Shown here piece by piece: positions 24,364 to 39,000 of a stretch of 64,000 nucleotides of DNA. Under the pieces are notes generated by a model that was given only the letters and a program-made list of their open reading frames with translations, made no database searches and was not told where the DNA came from. Each line of letters opens with the position of its first letter. The first letter of the stretch is position 1. The DNA lies in contig NW_003526943.1 of NCBI RefSeq assembly GCF_000181795.1, positions 498,487 through 562,486 on the forward strand, written 5' to 3'. A program made the translations under genes and the position numbers. The DNA is from Trichinella spiralis. Taxonomy: Eukaryota.

Positions 24364-25807
24364 ATGCTACCAGTGAAGCCAGCGTTGAAGGAAAATTGCA
24401 AAAAATTGACGAAATTGTTAAAAGGTTATTCGACGACCACTTTCAAAGACGGACTTCAAGCTAATATCCACTCGTTGGCTTGGAATTACGACGGAACACG
24501 CCTCGCCTCGGGTGGCAATGACAAGAATGTCTGCTCATTTATTTTAAATGATAACAGTGAATTGGTCAGTTGTTTTTATTCACTTATGATAATGATTATT
24601 AAGATAATTAATGTTTAGATCCGCGAGCACACATTTCGGGGACACAGTCATCAAGTGGATCAAGTTTGCTGGCATCGCAGCAGTGCAGATTTGATCGCTT
24701 CGGCCAGCGGCGACAAGACGGTCCGAGTTTGGGATGTTCGGAGCCGGAAGTGCGTGGCCACGGTCGATACCAAAGGCGAAAATATTTATTTGGACTGGTC
24801 GCCGGACGGTTCCACAATTGCCGTTGGAAACAAAGAAGATCTGATTTCGTTTATTGAAACGCGCACCTTTTCCGTCGTCACCACCGAACAATTCAGCATC
24901 GAGACCAACCAATTCCGATGGAACAACACCAACAGCTTGTTTTTCATATGCAACGGCAATGGGCAAATTATTGTTCTCAGGTTGATGAACGCAATCATCC
25001 AGTTGACTATTTTTTTGATCAGTACAACCGATGTGATTATTTAATTGACTTTTTTATTTTACTCTATTTTCAGTTGGCCCAACTTGGAACGTTTGTCCGT
25101 TATTCAAGCGCATCCTTCAACAATATTGTGCATTGAATTCGATTTATCAGGCGAATATTTTGCCATCGGCGGTTTGGATGCGTTGATCAGTTTGTGGGAT
25201 GCGAGAAATCTCATCTGTCTCAGGACTTTTGAAAGGTATGGTTGCTTTTCGATTGAACATTCTTCATTTATCTGCTGCATTCATCTTCACCGAACGGAAA
25301 ATATTTGCAGTGAAATTATTTGTTCTAGACTTGATTGGCCTGTTCAAACGATCAGCTTTAGTCACGACAGTGCTCTGCTTGCATCGGGCTCAGAAGATTT
25401 GTTTGTCGATATTGCACACGTAGAAACTGGTGAGTTCAATTCCAAAATTTGCACTTCACAAAGTGAAAAATTTTTCTTCTATTCTGCTCATGTGAAAATA
25501 ATTTACACGATTATTTTAATTTTTGTTGAAAATTTTACTTGTTCACTTGGACAAGCAGCAACTGCTGTCAAAAGTTTATATATGTGTATATATAGTAGGA
25601 GATGAAAATTTCACTTGCCCATTTTCAGGCGGAAGTGTAGCAGAGTTGCCGTGCGAATATCCGACATTCACGCTTGCTTGGCATCCAAAGGTTCATCTCC
25701 TTGCTTATGCTGGAGATGAAAAAGCCAGAACATTTTACGAACGTGATCGAGTGGATCGTGAAACAGGTTCGATCGGCTTGTTCGGCGTTGGGTTGAACAA
25801 AGCATGA
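24364..25807 (+). CDS. THOC3: THO complex subunit 3 (Tex1), WD40 protein, about 5 exons
   Basis: IHSLAWNYDGTRLASGG, GHSHQVDQVCWH, TKGENIYLDWSPDGSTIAVGNKEDLI, AHPSTILCIEFD, RLDWPVQTISFSHD...LASGSED, FTLAWHPK..LLAYAGD, GSIGLFG. Confidence 0.92.
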
Positions 25808-26173
25808 AAAATAGCAGAATACTGTCGATGAAATCAATCAATAAGTGCTGTCTCTTTTATTATTACATTTATAATTATTTTACTCGCCTTACATAAATTA
25901 TATGTTATTATGTTGTTGAATGAAATTTGAAAATTCACTTATTATTCAAAGCAACTTGATTTAGTTTTTTTTGTAATAAAACCAACTTTATTTAATTAAA
26001 GCATTTATTTATATAAATTAGGCGAAAGAAACACCCATACTGTAAAAGTACAACTGATCGAGTATTTCTAGTTTTAAGTAATGACATAATGAAACACCAC
26101 GTTTTTTTACAATTGTGTAAGTGATGAGCTTGTGCGGCAAGCAGAATATTCAAATGTACAGTAGTGCAATTTC

Positions 26174-29100
26174 TCACACGCCCGTCACGGAATGGAATGA
26201 TTCAATTGGTGCACTTTTCATTGGTAGGGTTGTTGAATTGAAATAGGCCTCATTTTGAACGCACGATGGCTCGTCACAGCTAAATTAAATTTGTCAAGTG
26301 ATCAAATGTAGAATTTTCATTTTTTCTTTTAATTTTTGATGTTTACTTCTGAGCTTCTTGTTGTTGAATTTTTTGAATTTCTTCCGGTAAAGCGGGAGGT
26401 TTGAATTCTTCAAGACTTTGCAAAACAGAGTTGAAAATTTTTTCATTGCAACGAATAAATTGCTCAGCAATACGTTCACGACAAATTCCAAAATCCGGCC
26501 TATCCGCTGGATTGGAAAGCCAACACTGGCACATCAGACGATAACTAAATAATGTTCGTTGAATTAATGTTTTACTTTTTATTATTTTATAATTTTTGTT
26601 TTTGAAAATTTGAAATTTAAGTTACATTTCTTCTGGAGCGTACGATGGTTGCAGAAGACGATTTCCGGCTTTTAGCCATCGAATGAATTCAGCTCCTGGT
26701 CTTTGATCGGCGTAAGGTGTTTCGCCCATGGAAAATATTTCCCACAGAACTATACCAAATGACCATCTGAATAAAGACAAGAAATTAAATAAAAATATTT
26801 CTTTCAAAATTGAAATTGCAAAAATATTATCATATCACGTACGCGTCAGATTTTGCCGTGTATTCTTGGTAAAGTAGAGATTCTGGTGCCATCCATTTTA
26901 TCGGCAGTGGGGTATCTAACTTTTTGATTTTATATTGATCGTCGCGTCGAGTTAGGCCAAAATCACCTACTTTGACCAGATGATTTTCGGTGAGGAACAA
27001 ATTGCGCAACGCCAGATCACGATGAATAAGCTTCAAATTGAAATTATTGTCAAAAATGGAAACTGTGAAAAATTAACTTACATTTTTTGAAGAAAGAAAC
27101 TGCATACCGTTGGCTACTTGGTATGCAAAAGAGAGCAAATCTGATGTGCACAGAAATGTTTTCAACGACCAATTCTCTGCCACTTCATCGCTCCACTGAG
27201 AATCAAATTCACTCTAAAAAAATGATCAAAGTTTCAAATATTTATGAAATAAAAATTTCAAAATTTGTTTCTCAATAAGCAACGTAAAAGACGGCCGATG
27301 AAATATTTAATGATCTACCTGATAATGAGTACGTCTGCTTCGAGAACTGAACATGCTATTCGGAATCATGTAATCACTAGGGAGAGTTTCAGCATTGCCA
27401 GTTGTCATTTTTGGAGTAACCAATACCACTTCACTGACGAATGCTATTGCTTTTTTACGTAAATAATCTCTTAAACAGCCCAACATGCAAAATTCAGTCA
27501 TAACATACAACTCTCCTTGGACCATATGCTTTGTAATTGCCCCAATCAAAGCAAGAACATTAGGATGAAATCCAATGTAAACCATCACTTTAAGTTCTGA
27601 CAAAAGCGCTTTTTGATGTTCTACATTTTTTCCATCTAAATCAAATAGCAAAATTCTTTAAACTGCATTAAATTTCAGCAAAAAGATATATACTTTTCGG
27701 TGTTTTTACAGCTACCATAGTTTTGTCTGCTTTATTATTTCCTACGATAAATCCTTCATATACTCTACCAAATTGTCCTTCTCCAAGAATGTCACCAACT
27801 TCCAGACATTTTAATGGTATTTCATAGCGAAAATCATATGTAAGGTTTTCAGGTTGATCATTAATTGGAATGTTGGGATCAACATTTGGTACACAGTCCA
27901 TGGATTGAATAAGTTTCTGGTGCATTTCTTCAAGGCATTTTATCTAAATTTTATTCTTATTATTGTTTCATGAGACATTTAAAATTTTAAATAAAAATAC
28001 CAATATAATGTATATATCACAGTTCAGTATTACGTTTAAAACAATAGTTAAAAATTAAATCATCAAGTTGCATTTGAAATTTAAATTTCAATAGATATAC
28101 TTACACGAAGCCGATTTCTTCTTTTTACAATAAAAAGTGCCACAAATAAGAACAGCGACAGGCTTCCAATCAAAGCCAAACTTATTTGCATTGCATATAT
28201 GGATCTAGTGGTTAAATGCTCATTAGCTAAGCCACTTACGATAAGAGTAAAATTCGCTTCCGCAAAACCAGCCCTGTTTGTTGCACGGCATCTGTATAAG
28301 CCTGCATCTTCTTTAACAACTCTCAATATTCGTAATTGCTTTCCTTCTGACAAAAGTCTTATGCTAGTAGTAGTGAATTGTTGGTGACCATTCTTATACC
28401 ATTCTACTTTTGGCTTTGGAAAACCAGTACAATTGCAAAATATATCATACGGTTCGCTGTAATTTGCTTCCAATTCGACAAAATGGCTATTGCTTATTGT
28501 TGGCAATGTAGGCTGCATGACGACTAAATTTTTCGTACGTCGAACTGACATTCCGTTTTCTTGTGATTGAGCTTCACATGCATAAATACCTTGGTGTGAC
28601 AAATGAACATTTGAAATTTGCAATTGAAGCTGTGATGAATAAGCGGATGAATTGTTTGCATTTATTGTAATTCCTGGATAGACACCGTCGTCTAAGGGAA
28701 TTCTTTTACTTTCTTCATCTTTATACCAGCGTACTGAATGATATTCCCATTTTTGGTACATGCAAATTATTTCAATATGATCAGTAACAAACACATCGTT
28801 CTTTCCTTCACCATAGTGGAATTTACTTATTTTTTTTAAATCAACATAAAAGCCTTTGTTGTTTTGCGCATCCGGAATGTCAGTTACAATAAATTCCATT
28901 TTGGCTGTTGCGGCTAAATTTTTGTTTAACTTATTTTCAGTTTGGCACATGTAGGATCCTGAAGATTTCGCAATTACTTCATAGGAAACCACGTAGTCAT
29001 ACGTTCCACTTTTATACTGAATGTGATTGCCATTTGGATCAATAAAAGCTGAAAAAAATTTCAGTTATTTCAGTTTTTTATTTAAATTTTATTTCACCTG

Positions 29101-31187
29101 GACTGTATATTTTCTCCCAAGGACAGATATCTTCAACTGGGCACTGTTTCCAAAATAAAGTTATGCTCAGAAGAGGAAAGCCTTCCGCTTGACACACTAA
29201 ACTATAATGATCGTTAAGTTCTAAAAATCGGCTGTCCAACTTCTTTGAATCAGAAAACATTTCAAAATTAACAATGCTTGCTGGAGACATTACGAAAAGT
29301 TCATATACAGCAAAGGAAGAAAAATTTGCAGCTTGTACTAGAATTTCATAAGTTCCCATATCATGTAGTGTTACGTTGCTTATGGTCCATATCATGCGAC
29401 AACTGTTAGAAGAAAGTTGAGTAGTAATTAGCGAAAAGCGATCATCTTCCAAGGTAAGTTCATTTTTGACTACCAGACCATTATGCGTTTCATAAGAGTG
29501 ATACCAAAAGACGTGCATCTCTTCAAGTGGCCAAGCTTCGAATTCAATTGGAATTTTTACTGATTTTCCAGAAGTAGTATTTAGACGGCGATCACTTAGT
29601 TGATGGATAATCTTTACATATCCTTTAACAGCTAAAAATAGTTTATCAGATGAAAACATCAGTTAACACATATTCAACAAAAGTACAATATATCTGCTTG
29701 AAAACTATGAAATTACATGATATTTGTATAAATTTTGACACCGTTTCTGAAGTTGCTTTGCCTGCTGTAGAACAAGTACAAGAATAAATTCCTTCATCTT
29801 CTTGGGTAACATTTTTAAATTTAAGAGTTATGTTAAATCGTGGTTCTACCTCTTGAAATACCACAATGCGCATCTGTCAGAATATTTTGAAATGTAGAAC
29901 TACGAATAATGCAAAAAGAATTCTTACTGAAGTATCTTTATCACCCATTGAAGGATATGACCATGAACAGTATCCTTGAAATGACTGCTGAAAGTAATTT
30001 AAGCAGCTAATTTGCATTTCACCTCCAATATATGGATAAGGTGGAGAAACGCCTTCGATCCATGGATGCAGCTTAACAGGTTCTGCCACTACTACCAAAA
30101 GAAACTGCAATTTATCTTCTTTTTGCCCCAGTGCTGCTTCGCATCTTGCTGCAGCTGCAGGACTTGAAGTACTTTTATTTTTAAGAAACATCTGTGGCTT
30201 TACAAAAAACCCACGTCTTAAATGCCATTTCATGAACATACAGTTTTTCAAAATAATTTTTTGAGTCTCAAGTTAATAATTTATATTTAAGCACAAATTG
30301 CTGAGCATTTTGATAAATAATTCAACTTGTAATTTATTAAAAAATAATATTAAAAAATTAGCTCACTTTGGATTGTATATCGCTTGCCTGATTAACTTTT
30401 CATTCACATATAATCGTACTTCAGCGTCCGGATCGGTCACAAGACAGTCAATGTATCCACCATTGGATTGGTGCAATGGAATCAGGTGAGAATAACTGTC
30501 CATTTCATCATTCCAATGAAGAAATAAATATGAACTTTTTGGATCTAAAAGTCATTATGATTAACAATAACTAGCAAAAATTATAATTACCTATGACGTA
30601 AACATAAGTTCCGTGTTCTGCCATTGTAAAATCTTTTCCATCTTTATTATCACTGATAATGCATGTGTATAAACCTGTGTCAGTCAGGCGAAGATTTTGC
30701 AATACCAGTAATCCACTATCGCTGAATGTTTGCAAACGTCCGTCGACAGTTGGATCAGAAAAGCCTTTATATATCTGAAAATTTGAATTATTTAATAAAC
30801 GCTTATATTTTCCGCCTATAACTGGTATTTTTTTCACTTTAAATAAAACAATGTGGGTAATTTATTAGTTTAAGAATTTTTAAATCTTTCAGTACAATGC
30901 TGATATGTATTTTAAAATTAATTTTAATTAGTAAAAAGGTAATGTCATACTGTATTGTTTGGAAGTTTCCATTTGACGGAAGAATCGTCCCCACAATTCA
31001 GAGTTAAAGAATCACCTACATGCTTTTTTATATAGAAGTTATTTTGGATGCCTGTAAGTGCAGGTTTTTGACTTAAACGGACTTCATTTGATGAAAACTG
31101 CGTTTTTCCTTGTAACACTGCATTGAAAAATAAAAATATTGCACTTAAAGCATGAGCACATTGACTTCTTGTAGATGAAGTTTCCAT
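26174..31187 (-). CDS. VEGFR/PVR-type receptor tyrosine kinase (signal peptide, 7 Ig-like domains, transmembrane helix, split kinase domain)
   Basis: Ig motifs include DTGLYTC, CLVTDP, DEGIYSC, a cysteine-less DMGTYE domain, SGSYMC, QGIYAC and DAGLYRC. The TM segment is ISLALIGSLSLFLFVALFIV. The kinase has LGEGQFGRV, VAVK, SELKVM..IGFHPNVL, HRDLALRN, DFGL, LPIKWMAPES and WSFGIVLWEIFSMG. Confidence 0.92.
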
Positions 31188-34100
31188 TAGTTACAGTATG
31201 CCTTGAAATTGTACCTATAACAGAGAGTTTTTTTAAATTAATGACTTTTGTGCTACGTTAGAATTTTTTTTTCGTCAGTTTTATTATGATTTTTCAAAAC
31301 TGTTTTTATGGTTTAAAACAAATCACAGAAATTTATTTTGTTTGTAAAATGACTAGCGGAAAACAAATTGCTTATCAAAAATATTCCACAAAACAAACTT
31401 GTTTGCATTTATATAAAATAAATGAGTCATCTTGTTTTCCATTTTGAAACAGCTCATACTATTGAGCAATAAGTACCATTACCTATCTTCGGTTTTCACG
31501 CCTCAAAATTTAGCAAGCTGTTTTCGCATATTCAACAGTAAACTCGTCGAATTCATGTTTTCTTAATCTAAAAACATAAACATATGAAAAATATGTGATA
31601 TCAGTTTAAGAATAAATTCACAACTGTAGCGTTTTAAAACTTTTTTAAATTTTTTAAGTAAAAGGTGTCAGAATTTCCATAAAAAAGCCAAGCAAACACG
31701 AAGCATTTAAACATCTCATTTTGTAAAGTGATAATAAAACGATGAATATAATTAAAGTGAAAAACATGGGATTAGCCATGTGAAATTAAATGAACTAAGG
31801 AGGAAATTAAAAATTGTAAAATCAGAACATTCAGGGGAGATACATTTTCATCTCTGAAATTAGTAGGATAAAGCAATGATTTCAAAAGATAATTTTGAAG
31901 TGAAGTATATTTTTGCAAATTTATTTAATAATGATCGACGTCAGTTTAGTTTGCTTTATTCTATTGTGGAATTTTATTTCTATTGAATTAAAGCAAAGAC
32001 TAATTTGATCGTGACTGCGGAAGAATACATTCCGTTCTCTTGTAATTCTCATGGCCCAGACAAAATGCACTTGGAAAGTACTTTCTTAATTTGTTTGTTA
32101 TTATTTTATTAAATTTAACTATCAAATAAAAGTAGATGTGTATTTCAATTTCTGAAATTAAGCGCATTTTCCTTAAGCAACAATGGACAATGTAAAAATA
32201 TAATTAAAAAATAAAAATCAGCATTTTTTCTCTAATTTTCTCTAAAATTTTGCACACCAAAATACAAATTATACAAAATAATAATAAAATTGTTATACAA
32301 TTGCAACACAATTTATTTCCGGAGTTTTATTCATTCCAAATTTATTTACTCAAAAAAACAGACATTTTTCAATGCGTTGTTATGGAATTGAAGCGAAAAA
32401 TTAATTTAAACACAATAAATATAACTAAATTTAAATATTTAAATAAGTAAAAAATAAGTATCTAAATAAATCTATTTACAATTACAGATAACAAATAAAA
32501 TTAAGATTAAATAATTTTATTAACTTTTGTTTTTCAAAATAAAAATCGCAGGAAAAGTAAATTATTTTTTATAAAAATCTGTTGTTGATTCAAATTTTAA
32601 TTTATTTCAATGTAAAAAATAAATAAAAATGCAAAAAATATTTTTCCCATTAAAAGTTTAACAAAACAACAATGTAGATGGAAATATTTTTATGAAATAT
32701 TTGAATAGAATGCATTAAGTTTACTAGAAATTTCTTTAACAATTTTAGAAATGAATTTTTCAATAAGTGACAGCATTGGAGAAATTAATAATTAAGGTAA
32801 ACAGTAATTAGCTTTTCTGCATGTGCTCAAAGTTTAGAAAATATGAAAATCACTCATGTTTAAATTATAATAATTACTTGATGAATTAAGCATATCAAAA
32901 AGATTTGAAAAATTAAACCATTAAAATTACTTTGTATATTTGAGTTCAATGCAGCTTAAAATTTAAAATTTAACGTTTTTGAATAATGCACTGCATGTGT
33001 AAGATTGTTCAATCATACATTTTTAAAAGTATTCTTTTCCAAAATGAGGAGAATCCCAAAAAAGAATTAATTAACAAATAGCACTTTAATTCCAGTTGGC
33101 TTACTTTTAGCATTTTATTCCTTTCAAAGCAGTTTAATGACTTGTATGTAATAAAGGAATAAAAATTATTACCATCTTCTATGATTATTTCAATTGTAAA
33201 ACATTGAAATAAAGAGTAAAAACTGGTAAAATTAGAAAAATCAAAGATGATTTGAAAAGCAATAAGAGTACAAGATGGAATAATTAAACCGTACATTAAA
33301 TTCCGATGAAAATAAAGCATTTCAATTTACCTCATTTCCATATTTTACTATTTTGAATAATGCTTTTGATTTTTTGACTAGCAAAAAAGTGTACAGAAGA
33401 AGTGAATAAGCATTGTTTAGAAGGAGAAAGCTTTGTTTTGTAAAATTGGTGAATGGTTTGCCAAATTGCTTAAGATGCGACAAAATGCAACGATAACGTT
33501 GTGTGTCAGACGGACTATTTCAGCTGCGTTCAGTGAGTCGTAAGCAAACAATATTGTCGACGTATTTTCACAATTTCGACGACGTCAAGCAAGGTTTGCT
33601 GTGAAGTCAACGAAGACAGTTCGCCTTGTGAAATTATTGCTCGGTCAAAAATTATTTGCTTTCTTCTTTCATGTGATTACTCAGCCAAGAGCTCAACCTG
33701 TATTTAGCCTTCAACCACTGTAGCAAAGTATGAAAACAGGATCAGTTGGCAAAAGTGCACTTTTCAATCAATTGCACATGCAAATGCTATAATTTCCTTT
33801 CTTGCATGAATACCCACTTGTTTTTTTTTCAATTATATTTCATGCTTTTACTTTTCTTGTACTTCCATTAACAAATTTCTTTTAATTAATTATCTATGAA
33901 AGGAATAAAAGATAATCAAAATATTAATACAATATGGGGATCTTTTAATTTTTACTGTCATAACATCATTGTACGCTAATGCGACATTATGATTGCTACA
34001 ATTTATTTAAACTGAAACAAGCGTCATTACAATTTTAACTCCAAAAATATTTAAAACAATCATAATATGCTAATAACTTCTCATATAGTGAAAGGTAGCA

Positions 34101-34621
34101 TACAATGGATTTTGTGAAAAATTATATTATAAGCTGTTTTAATTTAACAGAACTGAACTTTTTAGACATTTTGTAGAATGGCTTCTGACAAATCCACTGG
34201 TTCACGGCACTAATAACGTTGATTTTATTTTTTAACATATTATTAATTTTTGTAAATTGCATTATATAGCAAAATTTTATTCATAATTTTTACTACAGTT
34301 TTCTAATAATTTATCAAATATGAATAACTACTAGATGTTTTATATACTTCCAGAGTATGTTATTGGAATAGCTTTAAAAAGCGCTATTGCTTTGCATTAT
34401 GACCAATATTTGACCAAGAAACAAAAAAAAGAATTTTGAAAATTTAATTTAATTGAAATTTCTTCTCAAAAAATCATTCGTGTAAATAAATAAATGTCAG
34501 GATTGAAGAAATTTTCTCATTTAATATTGCACACTTTTCTCCATTGAGCAGCTGAGCATTCAATTCACGTAGTACTTTGCAGCAGTACTTTTTGAAAATA
34601 ATATGCTTTTGCAACATGCAA

Positions 34622-36017
34622 TCAATCAAAATTTGAGTTTCGACGAGTGTTAGGAATGTTGTGATCGCTTCTGTTACTCTTTTCAACCATTTGATACAAT
34701 TTGTCATTTTGTTTTGACTCATCTGCCAACTTCCAGGATGTATCCAAGCTGTTAAATTTTTTTTGATATCTACGACCAAGCAAATATGAAAAAATACGCC
34801 GAAATTCACGATTGAAATGATAATTCATCCACGCATATAATACGGTATTCCAACTGCTGCTGCTCATGGCTATTAAATGCGAAACAAGAAACAAGAAAAC
34901 AAAATACGATTTACCATCAAAGTGACTTGGCATAACATCACGCAATATATTTAGCACGTTGAATGGAAGCCAGCATAAGCCAAAAATTGCTACCATTAAA
35001 GTAAGCATCTGAAATTCAATTAATTTTAAACGTAATTTTATGAAATCATTTTCAAAGGCCAATAAGTTAAAGTTATATAATTTTAAAATGTTGAAGTACT
35101 TCATTTTTAATATAAACTGTTAGAAATACAATCATACTGTACCTTTAGCAAACGCTTCCTTCGCTGCAAAGCTTGATCTGATTTCAACTGCAAAACCATT
35201 TTTCTCTTAAAAATGTGAAACCAAATCCTCAAGTAGCAGACTGTTATTATTAGAAAGGGAATCCCGAACTGAAGAGCCATTACGCTAAACCCATATGCAG
35301 CTTGAAATTCATGGAATTCCCATAATTCTCGACAGATGTAAATGTCACATTCTGCCAAATGATACAAGTCCATATGGAAGCCATACGGGGCAACCAATAG
35401 TAAACTCAAGATCCATATTGCGAGTATAATTCCAAAGCATACTTTCATTTTCATTCTCTTTTTGAATGGGTTTAATATAACGATGTATCTATAAATATAT
35501 AAAATATTTAATTGAATGAACAAATTTCTTTAATTGCTTTTCAAATCAAAAATTTCTTTTTAAAAGTAGAATAAATGTAATGGATAGGCTACATATTACA
35601 TTCGACGAATAGAGTTTTTATTATTAATTGACGTAATAAACAGGGTGAAAGATTATGAGCATACCTGTCCAACGCAATAGCTGTTAAAGTGAACGAGTTG
35701 ATAAATATGCTAGCACCTTGTATCACTGGCAATGAATGACACATCACGGCTCCCCAAATCCATTTACCCAAATACCCGTACATTGGTGTAAGCCATAATG
35801 AAGTCAGCGTGACAAAAATATCAGAAACAGCCAAATTGCAGATGAAAAAATTTGTAACAGACTGAAGACGGCGGTTGAAAACAATAATTCCAACTACCAT
35901 TAAATTTCCAATTAATGCAGTAACAAAAACTAACACATACAGAGAAACCAAAACTACTTTTGCTGCAATGTGTTCGTGAAGTGGTTCAGATGAAAAGATG
36001 CAGGAGTTTGAGGACAT
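34622..36017 (-). CDS. Rhodopsin-family neuropeptide (NPY/RFamide-type, npr-like) GPCR, 3 coding exons
   Basis: GNLMVV, TNFFICNLAVSD, WIWGAVMCH, TLTAIALDRY, QFGIP, FGLCWLPFN, SHLIAMSS..WNTVLYAWMN. Confidence 0.93.
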
Positions 36018-39000
36018 GTAAATTTCAGATTTTTTTTCTTTAGATAATTTGTCAGTATTTCAGTATTTCATTAAGCCAAAATGCACAGTCAAAATCTTCA
36101 AGCTGTCATTCATTGATAGAAGACAATATTTTTAACGACCCAGATGTTTTCAAACTTCATAATTCTAATTCTATTTCTAAAAGCCATAAATTCATAAAAC
36201 ACTGATGTGACAATTACTTTGCTATATTATATCATAGTTATTCATATTTTTGCATGTTTTAATACTTATTATGCAAATTTAATAAAGAAAAAACTATATT
36301 TCAGAATTAAAAAAGAAAAGTTGTTTTCTGCAATTAGTGCAAATGATTAAAGTTCATTATGCTAAATTTATCAAATTATAAAACAAGCTTCAAAACATTT
36401 GGCTATAAATAAATTTGTTATTTTGAAATTTGCATGAAGTTTAAAATATCATAATTTATCATTCATAGAAGTGAACTGAAATAAAAATTTAAATTCAAAG
36501 CACAATAGTAAATACACAAACAGAAATTAAATAATTAAATAACTTTAAGTAACAAACACGCATTTTTAAGCTGAAGTAAATAATGAAATTCAGATGATCA
36601 TTTGCAGTTTGCAAAGTAAATATCAGAATTGAAATATAAATAATAATAACAATAAGCTTTCGAAATCCTTATTCATAATTTTAACATTAGTAGTGTTTTT
36701 TAAAAAGTTCTATTTGACAAAATATACATAGTACAAGTTACAAATGATCAATTTATTGAAAAAATTTTTAAAAAACTCATTAAAATTGAAAATCACTTCA
36801 TGTTTTTAACTTGTTAGTCATTTTTAATAAAATGCAATTTCAATGCTTACCTGAAGCGAAAATGCACTGATTAAAATAGCTCTAATAAGTGCAATCAATT
36901 TTTCGAAAACTTAATTTGCTTCCAGTGAATGCGTAAGTCACCAATGACAGACATCCATTTTAATGAAAATCAACTGCTGCTTAGATGGCATCAAATGTTC
37001 TGCAAAATAATGATACAAATTCTATTATGACACTTTGTAAAATGAACTTTTCCAATAAAGGAAATTTCGTATTAAAGAAATTTGTTCTGTTTTAATTTTC
37101 AAATTATTTTGGAATAATGGTTAAAAATTATTTTATAAAAGTGGCAGTGCTGCAGCTTTTTCACCATTTACTGACGTGAATTATGCAACGTCATTTAAAT
37201 ACACACGCTTTTTATCAATAGTGTGAAGTTATATAATTATATTAATTTTTCATACAGTAAGTGATTGAAACAACAATAGTTCTGCAAAGCAGTTTTTTTA
37301 TAATTTAATAAAAGCAAATTAAAAAAAACACTGGGATATCACCATAAACATAATAATCATTAAACAAAGTTAATTTCAAAAGATAGTTTTTGATAGTTCA
37401 TAATTTTGTTTAAAAATTTTGCAAAAATGAAAACTGCGAACGGCAAATTGACGCTATTTTTTCAGTTTAATGGCATTTAAAATTAAAAGTATATATTAAA
37501 ATTATGTAATTGAAGTGTAAAATTTTTGAATAAAATTGCTTTAGCATTTCAGTTTTAGCAAATTAAAAATAATTAGCAAATTTAATAATAACAATAGCAA
37601 GTTTCATCAAATAACTTTTAAATTGTTTAAACATAAACTTGTTTAACATTTATAGTGTGGCAAATTATGTTTAAATTTGCCTTGAAACAATTATTTTTAT
37701 TCTAACATCTATACCATACTAAAACATGTTCTTCATCTGAAGTTTGAAAATGAATAAAAATCAGCATCGTTCAAATTTTATTTGAGAACCTTTTCTATTT
37801 TGTAAAATGAGAAGCTCATGATAGTGCACATTTTTAGCATTTCAGAGTAGTTCACACAACTTCCATTTGCATACTTTATAGATTTTGCATTAACAAGTAT
37901 TGTCTAATTTATAATAGTTATTTATTTAATATATTAATTAAATTCATATATCAAATGTATATTAATTAAATTTTTCAATTGATCACCTTTTTATTTTTGA
38001 GATTCATGTAACTTATATAAAAGGTTAGTTTATTTATTAGATATAGTTCATATCTGAGAATTTTTTAAAATATTTACTTCAAAAATAAATTAAAACTAAA
38101 AAGTAATATTCTATTTTTTCTGCAAATGTAATTTCTTGAAATCTTTTATGCATTGTTTCATGCAGTGATTTATACTTTTGATTTTAAACGTAAAAAATAT
38201 CATAGTCATAATATTATTATATATTTTGGTGTCCTTTACATATATTGTAAATTCGAAAAGAAATGAAAATCCAATATTCATTGTCATGCTTTTATATTTT
38301 AAACACTCTGAAAGTCATCGATTTTGTAATAATTAAGAGCTAACATAGTGTTTTGATGATGCTGGCAAAATTTTCAATTCATTGTTAATTGATTTTGGCA
38401 GTGAAATCGATTGAATAAACTATTTGTTTCCAAATTAATTACATAGCCATCAACAGATCATGATAACAATTGAAGAATTGAAGTATATGTATAGTACTGC
38501 ACTATAGTTGCATATTGGAGCTTTAAAGTATCTAACATGTGCACTTCATTAATAGTAATGATTACATTGGTTATTGAAATATTCTGTTCTGTTGAAAATA
38601 AAATTTGAATGAAATAAATCTATATTAATTCATCTACAGCAACGTTTAACGTATAAAATCCATTCCTTTAATACACAATCAACTATATCTGATCAGTATA
38701 ATCAAAGAATAAAGTGCCCAAATACATGCAGACCAAAGTCTAAGTATTTACTAAACATGCATGCGATAAAATTTTGCATGAGAATTTGAAGATCTCATAT
38801 ACTTAAACTAAAAAATGAGACGTTACAAAATGTGCATAATTTGTTATCCATCTAGTTTTTCAACTGTTTTATTCAAAAGTTGAACAAATGTGAATATAAA
38901 ATTTCAATACATCAAAAATTATAAAAATTGCATTGTAAGATAAAAATTGTGAATGGTAAAATATATTTACTTTTTTGCTCATTTTGTTCGTACGAAAGCA

